DNA from: a virus
Taxonomy: Duplodnaviria; Caudoviricetes
Strand: one strand, 5' to 3'
Length of the DNA stretch: 59,857 nt
IMG/VR virus record: IMGVR_UViG_3300012347_000101
Span: 1 to 59,857 of that record
Below the pieces are notes generated by a model. The model made no database searches. It saw only the letters and a list, made by a program, of their open reading frames with translations, and had not been told where the DNA came from. Each line of letters begins with the position of its first letter. Positions within the stretch are counted from its first letter, which is position 1. Position numbers and translations under genes: made by a program. Below, in pieces: positions 27,597-37,176 of this stretch.

Positions 27597-29722
27597 ACCC
27601 CGAACCTACCTTTCTCAATTGCATTGACCACGTCCTCGTCGACGCGAACATAGTGATTAGCGCGCCCCTTGGGGCTCTCAAGTTCAACCCGTACGACTGA
27701 GCCGTCGTTGATCATCGAGGTCATGGCGCGCTCCTTGCGGTCTTGGCTCGCCTTGACCCCGCCCTTAGCCACCGGCATGCGTTCGTAGTGTGAACGCGAG
27801 TGGCCTGGATCCTTGCGGATCAGCTCCAGCAACTCATCACACATCGCGTTCCAGCTGTCCTGCTCACGGGCCTCCTTGCGGTCTTCCTTGAGCTGGGCGC
27901 GTTCGCCCTGCTTGAGCGGGCGGGCCACCGAGTGGCTGAACCAGACGTCCTTGTCAAACCCGAGCACATCTTTGTGGCGCTCCTTGTTGGTGACGAGGTC
28001 AAAGGTCAACTCGCTGAACGCCGTAGGGAAGCGCACCTTAGCCACCTTGAGCACACGGGGCGCGTCCTCGCTGTCGCCGTCTTTGAAGACGGTGTACACA
28101 CCCTGCGCATCACCCGTCCACGCTGACGCACCGCGAGGTGAGAGCGAGTCGGTTTCCATCATCCCGTTGATCTTGGCAGCATGGGCTACGATGATGATCG
28201 GGAAGGCGGCGAACGCCTGCTTGATGTAGGCCATAGCGCGGCCCACCTCAGCGTTGTCGTTCTCATTCTCAAGGTCAAACACGGCGTTGGCAGTGTCAAA
28301 CACGACGAGCGGTAGCGCGGGGAACACGCCCCCGTCTGCGGTCTCGTTGTCAACCACCCAGTGACGGTACTCCTCGGCAACTTCGGCCACGACCTTCGGG
28401 TCTAGGCGGTGAGCGGGGATAACCCGAACACGGTCTTCAAAGTCGTGCGTACTCATTCCGGTGTAACCCCAAGAGTACAACGAGTAGATGACGCGCTGAA
28501 CCTGCACTACGGACTCGGTAATGATGATGACGTTGCGGCGCACCTTGGGCATCAGGGGGTAGTCACTGGGGCACAGGTGAGCAGTGGCTAAGGCCATCGG
28601 CACAATCAGCGTGGTCTTACCCACACCAGGAGCCCCAGCAACCACGTTCACGCCGGTGCTCATGTAGTCGTCGTAGATGTATTCAAACATCGTGACCGTT
28701 GACGCGCCGCTCTCCTTAGCGTTACCCAGCGACAGCGGATGCTTCTCTTTGGGTTCGGTTGAGCTGGCGGTTGTGGTCTTGTTGTTGCCCTTCCAACCGT
28801 TGTCAATCGCCATGCGGAAGATTGAGCGGTAGGTAATTGAGTGCGGGGCGCTAATGTCGCGTTCCCACTTGCGGCGCTGCGCAGATGCGTCAAACTTGTC
28901 AGAGCGCGCGGCCCACTCAGTCCATACCTTGTAGCCGTTCTCGCCGTAAGGCTTAAGCACCATACCCACGTTGACCCACGTTGTGTAGTCATCAAAGTCC
29001 ACGTGCTCAAGGGCGGAGCGGAGATCGTCAAACGTCTGCGCAGTAGCCACCGGCACACCGCCACGCTCGGTGAGCGAGTAGTCAACCGGCGCGCGAGCCT
29101 TGCTAGCAATCAGGTGCGGCAGGGGTGAAGGTTGAGCGGGGGTGGACTTACTCAAAGGCGAGCGCCCCGCTTCCCATTGGTAAACACCTGACGGGCCGGA
29201 GGTAGGCGCGACGCAGATATAACCATGATGCTTGAGGTCAAGCCCCGCGCCCAGAGTTCCTGGATAGCTCAGGGTTGAGTCTGCACTGAACAACCGATGC
29301 TCCCCGCCGCCTTGCGTTACCGCTGTGCAGTCGGAGTGCAACACACCATGCTCAGCCTCAAGCGCGCGGAGCGACTCATCACCACCGTTTTGCGGGTCAA
29401 TGTCCAGCGCCAGCAGCCCTGAGGTAGACAACTCAATGCCGATACCGGCGTCAGGGTCAGTGGCCCACCAGTCACGGATGGTCGCCTCGTCAGTCGTAGC
29501 ATCATGATGACCGTGGGGTACGAGGTCGGACTGCGGATGCTTGCCCGCCTTATGCCCCTTCTCGTGGTTAGGGCGGCCACAGCGACATTGACCGTGATCG
29601 TCTACTGACCATACGGGCAACACGTTCCAGCCGAGCTTTGCGTAGGCGAGGGCGTAGTCAAGAGGGGTTGGGCCTTTGCTCACCGAGACGTCCCACATGT
29701 GATTCTTATTCTTCGTCGCCAC
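27593..29722 (-). CDS. Prim-Pol primase + PriCT-2 + RepA/AAA_25-type helicase fusion
   Basis: LALDID and T..GG.H (Prim-Pol), DYTTWVNVGM.L (PriCT-2), GAPGVGKT, VVFDT, RGASA. Confidence 0.9.
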   Translation of the reverse strand: MATKNKNHMWDVSVSKGPTPLDYALAYAKLGWNVLPVWSVDDHGQCRCGRPNHEKGHKAGKHPQSDLVPHGHHDATTDEATIRDWWATDPDAGIGIELSTSGLLALDIDPQNGGDESLRALEAEHGVLHSDCTAVTQGGGEHRLFSADSTLSYPGTLGAGLDLKHHGYICVAPTSGPSGVYQWEAGRSPLSKSTPAQPSPLPHLIASKARAPVDYSLTERGGVPVATAQTFDDLRSALEHVDFDDYTTWVNVGMVLKPYGENGYKVWTEWAARSDKFDASAQRRKWERDISAPHSITYRSIFRMAIDNGWKGNNKTTTASSTEPKEKHPLSLGNAKESGASTVTMFEYIYDDYMSTGVNVVAGAPGVGKTTLIVPMALATAHLCPSDYPLMPKVRRNVIIITESVVQVQRVIYSLYSWGYTGMSTHDFEDRVRVIPAHRLDPKVVAEVAEEYRHWVVDNETADGGVFPALPLVVFDTANAVFDLENENDNAEVGRAMAYIKQAFAAFPIIIVAHAAKINGMMETDSLSPRGASAWTGDAQGVYTVFKDGDSEDAPRVLKVAKVRFPTAFSELTFDLVTNKERHKDVLGFDKDVWFSHSVARPLKQGERAQLKEDRKEAREQDSWNAMCDELLELIRKDPGHSRSHYERMPVAKGGVKASQDRKERAMTSMINDGSVVRVELESPKGRANHYVRVDEDVVNAIEKGRFGV

Positions 29723-30011
29723 CGTCTGCCTCCTCTACCGCCGCATTTTTGTCTTGATAAGGCCGCACGGGGAACAGCGCGCACGTGATGACCGTACACA
29801 CCTTGATCTCTTCACGCTGGTAGCCACAGCACTGCAAGCACTTGACTCGGATAGCTGTGCTGCGGGTGATTTGCCCGAGCAATGCGCGCTGAGTGGCCAG
29901 CTTGTGTTTGTCGGGAACGCTTTGTTCGACGTAAGCGTCGATCTTCTTGCGGTCATCGGTTTGCACCGCCCGTTCGGGCTTGATGCGGTTCTTACGTAGC
30001 AGGTTTGTCAT
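29706..30011 (-). CDS. Small Cys-rich (Zn-binding) protein
   Basis: AIRVKCLQCCG...C....CALFPVR. Confidence 0.7.
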   Translation of the reverse strand: MTNLLRKNRIKPERAVQTDDRKKIDAYVEQSVPDKHKLATQRALLGQITRSTAIRVKCLQCCGYQREEIKVCTVITCALFPVRPYQDKNAAVEEADGGDEE

Positions 30012-30013
30012 TT

Positions 30014-31564
30014 TTATTCCTGTGGTTGTTGAAAGTGTTCCGCCGTGACGTTCCAGTACTTACCTGACTTGCGTGCGGTGAGGTAAAGCGGCATGTGTGA
30101 GCCACGCACTTGCCACTGGAGCGTTCCGGCGAGGGCTGGCAAGTTTACTGCCAGTTTGCGGTTTTTGAAAAACAAGTGGTCGCCCGCCTTGGGGTTCTCG
30201 GTATTCACGAACAGGGTAGCATCAATGCGCGCACCCTCAGGAGTCGTACATGCGTATTGAACCATGAGCACAGGTTTGTTAGGGTCACGGCGGGTCTTTA
30301 TGGGCACTGCGCTCACCCCGTGAACCTCAACGGTCAGGGTAGCGCCGTCCTTAGCCTGCTCACCGGTCATGGGGTCGAGCGGGATCATCGAACGGACTCC
30401 TGGCAGCACCTTGCGCTTAGGCTTACGCTCTGCCGGAGCAGCCATGATAGGGTCGCCGGCAACGCCGTTCTTCTCACGGACGTAGGTCTCAAGCATGTCA
30501 ACACCGCCAAGGCGTTGCAGGTTGCCGACGAAGTCCAGTAGCAGGCAGTTCTTCTTCGACTCGTGCAGGCGGGTTCCGCGCCCCATGATTTGTACCCACA
30601 GGTTTGAGCTGACCGTGGGGCGCAGGCAGACGATACAGTCCAGCGCGGGGAAGTCAAAGCCGGTGGTAATTGTGTCAACGGAGCACAGGAAGTGAATCTC
30701 ACCGCTCTTGAACCGGCGGAGCGTGTCATCACGGTCACGCTTGTGCATTGCGCCGGTCAGTATCGCCGTGGGGCGGCCCGTGACGCGCCCAATGGTAGCC
30801 GCAGCGCGCATAGCCCCGTTCACAGTCGGGCAGTACACCGCGCCGTGTTTACGGTTACGGGCGAAGGTGAGCAGTGACTTAGCTACTCCCTCGAGCCAGT
30901 TGGCATCTTGAAGCTCGTTCACTTCGTCCATCACGAAGTCATCATTCACCGTGACGTCATCTAGCTCAAGCTGCAGTTCAGTCTCAACGCCGACTAGCGG
31001 GGCGAGGTATCCGTCCTCAACCGCTTGAGGCACAGTGTAAGTGTAAGCGAGGTGATTGAACCAGAACCGCTCAGAGTCATCGCCGTAGATGAGACCATTG
31101 TCAGTGCGCCAAGGGGTGGCGGTCATCGCTAGGCGGGCGGCATCAGGGTAACGAGTAAAGATGCGCCCGTACATACCCAACTCGCCCGTCTGGTGCGGGA
31201 CTCGGTGTGCCTCGTCAATGATGATGAGTTCCGGCGGCGGTAGCTCACCGCGCAGCGCGGGGTTGATGATTGACTGAATGGTAGCGAAGATCACCGGCGC
31301 GTCAAAGTCAGCGCGGTTCAGCCCTGAGCAGACGATACCGGCTTGGCAGCCTGTATGACGGTAATACGTTTCAGCGTTCTGCTTGACCAGCTCTTGAACA
31401 TGGGTCAGGATCCAAACCGACCCAGACCATATGTTAGTTGCCACGTCAGCAATGATGAGAGACTTACCCGTACCGGTGGCGAGTTGAAGCACTGGGTGCT
31501 TACCGGCGCTGATACTATCTAGCGCGGCCTGTGCCGCTGCTTCTTGGTAATATCTGAGTTCCAT
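30014..31564 (-). CDS. Superfamily 2 helicase (RadD/YejH-like)
   Basis: LRYYQ, TGTGKS, DEAH, TATP, TGFD, QIMGRGTR. Confidence 0.92.
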   Translation of the reverse strand: MELRYYQEAAAQAALDSISAGKHPVLQLATGTGKSLIIADVATNIWSGSVWILTHVQELVKQNAETYYRHTGCQAGIVCSGLNRADFDAPVIFATIQSIINPALRGELPPPELIIIDEAHRVPHQTGELGMYGRIFTRYPDAARLAMTATPWRTDNGLIYGDDSERFWFNHLAYTYTVPQAVEDGYLAPLVGVETELQLELDDVTVNDDFVMDEVNELQDANWLEGVAKSLLTFARNRKHGAVYCPTVNGAMRAAATIGRVTGRPTAILTGAMHKRDRDDTLRRFKSGEIHFLCSVDTITTGFDFPALDCIVCLRPTVSSNLWVQIMGRGTRLHESKKNCLLLDFVGNLQRLGGVDMLETYVREKNGVAGDPIMAAPAERKPKRKVLPGVRSMIPLDPMTGEQAKDGATLTVEVHGVSAVPIKTRRDPNKPVLMVQYACTTPEGARIDATLFVNTENPKAGDHLFFKNRKLAVNLPALAGTLQWQVRGSHMPLYLTARKSGKYWNVTAEHFQQPQE

Positions 31565-31591
31565 TCATGCTCCAAGTTATTGAGTTATAGG

Positions 31592-31727
31592 GTGTTGGTG
31601 CTGCGATTCAGATGCCTACGATTCGAACGTAAGTGCCTACATCTTTAAGTGCGCGGGGCGTCGACTCCCTTTGCACCTGCTGGCCAGCATTCGCTGATAT
31701 GTGCGCTAACACACATCACACCAACAC
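31592..31727 (-). ncRNA. Candidate multibranch leader RNA with a tRNA-like T-loop
   Basis: Closing stem GUGUUGGUG/CACCAACAC; internal hairpins including CUUACG-UUCGAAU-CGUAGG. Confidence 0.55.
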
Positions 31728-31731
31728 GTTT

Positions 31732-31778
31732 ATTTTAGGCAACTTTTTGTGTGGTCGTGATTGTTTTTTCAAATCACG
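31732..31778 (-). promoter_or_regulatory. Leftward promoter: TAAAAT -10 with an upstream 23-bp palindromic box
   Basis: CGTGATTTGAAAAAACAATCACG (minus strand of 31756-31778), 18 bp, TAAAAT. Confidence 0.6.
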
Positions 31779-31825
31779 TTCAGGAAGTTGGTTCAAAAAT
31801 ACAATGGAAATATTTTGGCGAGGGG

Positions 31826-31912
31826 GTTGTTTTGTTGAATTTTTTGAGGCAAAATTCAATACGTTGGTTCAGCAATGAATGAACAATGAATAACTTAATA
31901 ACTGGAGTAACT
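31826..31912 (+). promoter_or_regulatory. Rightward promoter and ATAACT-repeat leader of the early operon
   Basis: TTGTTT-17 bp-CAAAAT in an AT-rich divergence point; ATAACTTAATAACTGGAGTAACT before ATG 31913. Confidence 0.55.
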
Positions 31913-32470
31913 ATGAAAACCATCAACGTCAAATCCGCCACCACCCGTGAACTGGTTGAGTTCTACAACGCTCATTCAGGCTGCGACCCGATCAAGAAAT
32001 TCAGCGACCGTCGCAACGCTGAAAAGAGAGTTGAGAAACTCATGGCGGAGCGTCAGTTCAAAGCCCCCTCACCCCTCGTTGACAATCAACACTGCCCAGT
32101 GTGCAATAGTGCTGATTTGTACTTCGGCAAATTGGTCAGAGAGCAACTGGTTGACGAAGAACACATCGTCACCTGCCGCTCATGCGGTTACACCGTTGAC
32201 TGGCGCAAGAGCAAAAACGCCAAGCCGGTCACCAAGGTCGGCCCCCGCCCCGCTATGAAGCAGTCCTTGAAGCTCGACCGCCGCATCCTTCACTTTGAAA
32301 CCGGCACCGTCTACGCTAACGCTTGTCAAGTGTGGAAGGCTAACCTCGTCACCAGCTCACAAGGTGATCGTCTGTCGGCTACGCTCTACGGCGCTGCCAA
32401 GCGCGGTGAGTACCCCATGTTGACCGTCAATGGCCAAAACTTTAAACTGGTGACGGGCGGTGCAAAATGA
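31913..32470 (+). CDS. First early gene; Zn-ribbon protein
   Basis: HCPVC...TCRSC; GGAG RBS supports ATG 31913. Confidence 0.7.
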   Translation: MKTINVKSATTRELVEFYNAHSGCDPIKKFSDRRNAEKRVEKLMAERQFKAPSPLVDNQHCPVCNSADLYFGKLVREQLVDEEHIVTCRSCGYTVDWRKSKNAKPVTKVGPRPAMKQSLKLDRRILHFETGTVYANACQVWKANLVTSSQGDRLSATLYGAAKRGEYPMLTVNGQNFKLVTGGAK

Positions 32471-32730
32471 GCTACGACACTAACCCTTACGTGTTGATGT
32501 GCCGCAGCAAGTACCTGCACCTGAACGATCCACGTTGCTACAACGGCGCGTACTTTGATGCTGAAATGATGTGGAGCAGCTGGCAGGTGCTTGACCGCCT
32601 TGTTGACCGAGAAACCGCTGACCGTAAGCTGAAGTTCTGGCGCGAGCTGAATGACTACGCTGTGAGCCAGCGAGGTGAAGACTCTCGCCGTGAGTTCAAG
32701 ATTGTTGAGCAGGAAGAGGTGACAGCATGA
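32467..32730 (+). CDS. Hypothetical protein
   Basis: ATGA overlaps on both sides. Confidence 0.65.
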   Translation: MSYDTNPYVLMCRSKYLHLNDPRCYNGAYFDAEMMWSSWQVLDRLVDRETADRKLKFWRELNDYAVSQRGEDSRREFKIVEQEEVTA

Positions 32731-32837
32731 GTAACTGGCCCTTCCCGCCCATCACCGGCCCCGTGCCTTGGACTAACAAACAGAAGAGCGAGTACGCTCG
32801 TCAGCAACGCGAACAGCAAGAGGAGTCACCGTTATGA
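32727..32837 (+). CDS. 36-aa peptide with WPFP motif (not in the ORF track)
   Basis: GAGG RBS; MSNWPFPPITGPVPWT...; ATGA overlaps on both sides. Confidence 0.55.
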   Translation: MSNWPFPPITGPVPWTNKQKSEYARQQREQQEESPL

Positions 32838-33550
32838 GCAAGCAAACCCGAGTCCGTTGGACTGGTGAAGAGCGCACGTTGATCGTGCAGCGTATGGTTC
32901 AACTGTTGAACAAATCCGGTAGGAACTATTCAAAAGCCGGTTTAGCCTTGTTGGCTCAAGAGGCTCTGCCCGCCAATCGCCGCCGTAAGATCTTTACCCC
33001 TAAAGAACTCAAAGACATGAACGCCAAGGCTCACACCTTAGCAGCTGAAGCAATCAAGCCGATGATCCGTGAGGCTGAGGCCGCCGTGGTTGAGCATGCG
33101 GTCATTCCTCAGCGTGACGAGCTGGCAACCCTGCTTGAGTCGTTGATTGACAAGATCGCTGATAAGGTGGCCGAGCGCCTCGCAGCGCAGCTCCAAGTGC
33201 ACGTCAACACAACGACCACAACACACAGCGAGCACCGCCCTCGCCACAACCCTCAGCCACCTTGCAACGCTCCCCGTGAGCCTAAGGTCGGTGTGCTAAT
33301 CTTAGGTATGCAACCTCATCAGGGTAACATCCTTAAGCAGGAGTTCCCGATGCTTGACATCACCTGTTACGACTCTGACGAGGCCCGCACCAAGCAGGTC
33401 ATCATGCGCAAGCACACCATCGGTATGACCCGCTTCTTGAGCCACCAAGTTGAAGACCGTTACCGCAAGTGCCCCCGCTATCATCGCCACGCTACCGGCG
33501 TGTCTGAGCTGAAGACCCTGTTGAAACAAATTGCCGAAGGAACCGTATGA
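32834..33550 (+). CDS. Hypothetical protein (possible N-terminal DNA-binding domain)
   Basis: 238 aa; RWTGEER start; AGGAG RBS. Confidence 0.65.
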   Translation: MSKQTRVRWTGEERTLIVQRMVQLLNKSGRNYSKAGLALLAQEALPANRRRKIFTPKELKDMNAKAHTLAAEAIKPMIREAEAAVVEHAVIPQRDELATLLESLIDKIADKVAERLAAQLQVHVNTTTTTHSEHRPRHNPQPPCNAPREPKVGVLILGMQPHQGNILKQEFPMLDITCYDSDEARTKQVIMRKHTIGMTRFLSHQVEDRYRKCPRYHRHATGVSELKTLLKQIAEGTV

Positions 33551-33849
33551 GTACGAACCACATTGAGGCCCGAGGCCGCACCATGTACTGCACCCGCTGT
33601 GAGTGCGCTGCGACTGTTAAAATGCCCGCCAACATTGACAACATCATCAAGCAGATGGACGACTTCCGTGATACGCATGAGAAATGCCCGCCCCGCGCTA
33701 GCGAGGCAGAGATGTCTGAGTACATTAGGGGTTTTGATGCCGGTTGCGAGCACCTGATGCGTGAGATAGAATTATTCAACAACCGAGCACCCCTGCAACC
33801 TGCGTTGGTTCCGGAAGTGCTGAAACACCTGCGTAAAGGCTTGAAATGA
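33547..33849 (+). CDS. Hypothetical protein with CxxC...HxxC
   Basis: YCTRC...HEKC; ATGA overlaps. Confidence 0.6.
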   Translation: MSTNHIEARGRTMYCTRCECAATVKMPANIDNIIKQMDDFRDTHEKCPPRASEAEMSEYIRGFDAGCEHLMREIELFNNRAPLQPALVPEVLKHLRKGLK

Positions 33850-34808
33850 CACAATCAATTTTCCCCGTCCTCGCACTTGACCGCGCTCAGGTGCAATGGG
33901 AGCAACACCTCGGGGACCTCACCCCGTGGGAGAACCGCGACGGTATCTGGTTCAAACGTGAGGACTACTTCGCGCCCCTCGGCTACGGCGGCCCTAACGG
34001 GTCTAAGATGCGCCAGCTCATTTGGTACATGAACCGCTACCGTGAGGGCAAGACTCACGTGCTGACCGGCGCGAGCATTCAGAGCCCACAGCTCAGTATG
34101 TCCGCCATCGTCGGCGCGCACTTCGGCCTCAAGTGCCGTCAGGTGGTCTACAGCAAGCCGCATACGGTGCTGACGCATGAGAACCCGAGTATCTCAGCCG
34201 GTTTCGGCGCTGTGTTTGAGTACGTGAACGGGCCGTACAACCCCATCATCCAACGGCGCGTGGTTGACCTGACTCAGCCCACCTCACTGGTGGTTGAGTA
34301 CGGCATCACGGTGCCGCACAAGACGCGCCCCGCTGAAGATGTGTTGAAGTTTCATGAGGTCGGCGCTAACCAGATTCGCAACTTGCCCGCTGAGGTGAAG
34401 ACGCTGATCGTACCTGCCGGCTCATGCAACTCGCTTTGCAGCATGTTGTTAGGTCTCAGCCGAGACTCCAAGAACCTGAACCGCCTGCGCATCGTGGGTA
34501 TCGGCCCTGACAAGCGTAAGTGGGTGCGTGAGCGTATGGTGATTATGGGGGTTGACATTGACCGCCTGCCGTTCGTCACCGAGTACCACAGCCTGCACGA
34601 CACCGGCTTCAGCAAGTACAGCGACAAGTTCAAAGGTGAAAACCACTCCGGTATCAATTTTCACCCCACGTATGAGGCCAAAATTTGGCGTTACCTGCGT
34701 GAGTCGGCCTCGCTTTACGCTGATGACAAGACTGGGTTCTGGATCGTCGGTAGCGCGCCTAATCCCGCAATCGTGAAGCCGTTCTACACTAACACAGGAG
34801 CCGCCTGA
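33846..34808 (+). CDS. PLP-dependent (fold type II) enzyme; putative decarboxylase acting on amino-acylated DNA thymidine
   Basis: LTP...WFKRED...NGSKMRQ (Schiff-base Lys), VPAGSCNS loop, FHPTYEAK; context of the modification cluster. Confidence 0.8.
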   Translation: MTQSIFPVLALDRAQVQWEQHLGDLTPWENRDGIWFKREDYFAPLGYGGPNGSKMRQLIWYMNRYREGKTHVLTGASIQSPQLSMSAIVGAHFGLKCRQVVYSKPHTVLTHENPSISAGFGAVFEYVNGPYNPIIQRRVVDLTQPTSLVVEYGITVPHKTRPAEDVLKFHEVGANQIRNLPAEVKTLIVPAGSCNSLCSMLLGLSRDSKNLNRLRIVGIGPDKRKWVRERMVIMGVDIDRLPFVTEYHSLHDTGFSKYSDKFKGENHSGINFHPTYEAKIWRYLRESASLYADDKTGFWIVGSAPNPAIVKPFYTNTGAA

Positions 34809-35648
34809 TGTTTAACCGTATTTACACAATCATCAAGCGTCGAGTCAAGCGCAAGCTAACCGTTGTCATCTACAAGAAGCCCAAGATCGTGCGTGCCTCA
34901 ACGCTTGAGCGCGCCCAACACTACGTTGACAACCACGGCTGCCCGACGACACGATGCTTCCCTCGCACCACGGACGATGCGTTCCGCCACTTGGGTGACG
35001 GCATGGAGACGTTCTTCCCCCCTGAGCAACGCTGGCAAGACAAAGCAATGTTTGCCGTTGGCGTTTGCTGCTGGATCGCCCTTGGCATTTTTTACTGGAG
35101 ATACCTATGAACATACATCAATGCCAAAAATGGGCAGAAACAAACGGCTTTGACGGGGCTGAGTTTTATGCAGACTTTCCAGCAGGTAGGAAAAAGTGCA
35201 AGTGGCTTGATGCGTACTTTGGGATGTTTGAGATTCCTGGGGTAACAGACGGTTTCCTTATGGTCAGCCAAATAGACGAAATGTTTCCAAATCTTTCTTG
35301 TGAACCGATTGAGGGTAAAAATGAACAAATTCTTTAAAGACGTAGTTAGCCTGCTTTACTGGCTCTTTCCCTTCATCTGCACCTGCGCGTTTGCGTACGT
35401 GTTCGGCGCGTTCATCGAGTGGTCACGCGACCCCGCTGACTGGGCTTGGCAGGCGCGTTTCTGCGCCGTTATCTTTGGTGTCTCGCTCGGGTTCGCGGTT
35501 GACCGCCGCCTTGAGTTCAACGTGCGGGACTGAGATGGAAGCTGTTGAAAATATCGTATTGATGGCGCTACTCATGGCGCTCGGTGTCAGCGTCACTGTC
35601 GCGGTGCTGATTGGTTTCTTATATCACTTGGAGGCTCAGAATGATTGA
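34808..35648 (+). other. Four small hypothetical genes (34808-35110, 35107-35337, 35321-35533, 35535-35648), three with TM helices
   Basis: Overlapping or abutting ORFs between the PLP enzyme and the transferase. Confidence 0.55.
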
Positions 35649-36633
35649 CTACCGCCTGCCGGAGAAGCGTGAGGAGTACTTCACCGCGCTCTACAAGATG
35701 AACCTCGAGTACGGCGTCATGCCTGGACTCGTGTACTTGTACATGCCCGCCTTGGCAAAGGCTAACGGCTGGGACGCTGAGCAGAAGCTCTGGTTCGCGT
35801 TCCTGAACGGGTTGACTCAGAACCCTATCACCTCGTTGCGTATGTTCCAACGCCTGTCAGAGTGTCCGCCCGAAGGCGCACCCCTCACTGGCTTTGAGCA
35901 GTGGTTCAACGACAACTGGGAGACCTTGCAATTTGACACCGACCGCCGGTATCAAAAGAAGGACACCCTGCCCGCTATCCGCCAGTACGCAAAGCTCGTC
36001 AAGCAATACGGCTCGCAGGAGCAAATGCTCACCGGCGCTTACGCTGATCTGTGGAAGTTGGTTCGTGAGAACTACTACACGTTCGGTCGCCTGAGTTCCT
36101 TCAGCTACCTCGAGTACGTACACATCATGGGGTTCGGTGATGACTGTGACGACTTGATCTTCAGCGACAAGTCGGGCAGCAAGTCACACCGTAACGGTAT
36201 GTTGTTCCTCATCGGCAAAGACGACTTGGTGTGGGACAAGCGCCTGCCTAACGGTCAAGACGGCAACTACAACAACTTCAAGATGATGTGCGGGTTCTTA
36301 GCCTCTAGCGCAGATGCGCACATTGAGAAGTTCAAAGCCCTGAACCCTGACGTACCTAATGTGGGTCGGTTCACCTTTGAGTCTAACCTGTGTACGTTCA
36401 AGAATCACTTCTTCGGTCGTCGCTATCCAGGAGTCTACGCCGACATGGCACAAGACCGTATTGAGTGGGCAGACGAGCGCGGGCAGCAGGAACACACCGA
36501 GGTGTTCAAAGGTATGCGCGCGGGGCTGTTGCCTGAGTGGTTGCGTCGTGAGTGCTCACCGGCCTCAGTAAAGTCGGTTGGCGCTTTGTTCCCTGAAACG
36601 GGTGTCCCTTATCGTGCGGAGTACTTCTTATGA
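35641..36633 (+). CDS. Amino acid:DNA transferase (aGPT-Pplase2 family)
   Basis: DYRLPE.R, LWFAFL.G.T, FDTDRRYQK, FGRLSSFSYLE, SHRNG, ESNLCTFK, RYPG.Y.D. Confidence 0.8.
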   Translation: MIDYRLPEKREEYFTALYKMNLEYGVMPGLVYLYMPALAKANGWDAEQKLWFAFLNGLTQNPITSLRMFQRLSECPPEGAPLTGFEQWFNDNWETLQFDTDRRYQKKDTLPAIRQYAKLVKQYGSQEQMLTGAYADLWKLVRENYYTFGRLSSFSYLEYVHIMGFGDDCDDLIFSDKSGSKSHRNGMLFLIGKDDLVWDKRLPNGQDGNYNNFKMMCGFLASSADAHIEKFKALNPDVPNVGRFTFESNLCTFKNHFFGRRYPGVYADMAQDRIEWADERGQQEHTEVFKGMRAGLLPEWLRRECSPASVKSVGALFPETGVPYRAEYFL

Positions 36634-37176
36634 ATCCAACCCCTCGTTTGCGCTTTGTTGAGCGCGGTGTAATAGAACACGAAAGCCCTGACGGAACGGT
36701 CACGGTGGTGCGTAAGGTTCGCATCCTGCAGCAGTGGTTTGCGTACGACATCGAATACCCGATGACTAAAGGTGAATGGAAGGATGTACCATGCGAAACC
36801 GAACAATGACCGAACGCTCACGCCAAGCTGCAATCCGCCGCTTGAGCAAGTACCCTCTCGGCGGTGACAACTTCGGCTGGCACAAGTACTACGCTGAACG
36901 GTTCAACAAGACAGGTCGCCCTGACTGCGCCCATCTGGCGATTTGGTACTTGTTGCTACATCTTGCGTTAGGAGAAGAACAATGAAGTTGTCACGGTATA
37001 GAATCATCAAAGACAGCTACGCAGGGTTCGAAGTTCAGAAGTGGCGGTTGTGGTGGCCGTTTTGGATGCAATGTCACACGGGTCTTACACTGTGCAACAC
37101 TCATGACAGTCTTGAAAAGGCTTTGGCTTTTGTCGAATGGCATAAGGCCGGCAAAGAAGTTTGGAGGGAACAATGA
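36630..37176 (+). other. Three small hypothetical genes (36630-36809, 36806-36985, 36982-37176)
   Basis: Chained ATGA overlaps; 36630-36809 (LRFVER...ILQQW...GEWKDVP) is absent from the ORF track. Confidence 0.6.

Noticed and set aside
31592-31727. tRNA gene
   Set aside because: T-loop present but no D-arm/anticodon/acceptor geometry; kept as a candidate ncRNA. No tRNA was recognised elsewhere.
33846-34808. ACC deaminase/D-cysteine desulfhydrase as an auxiliary metabolic gene
   Set aside because: Same PLP fold, but linkage to the amino acid:DNA transferase and 5-hmdU kinase favours a DNA-tailoring enzyme
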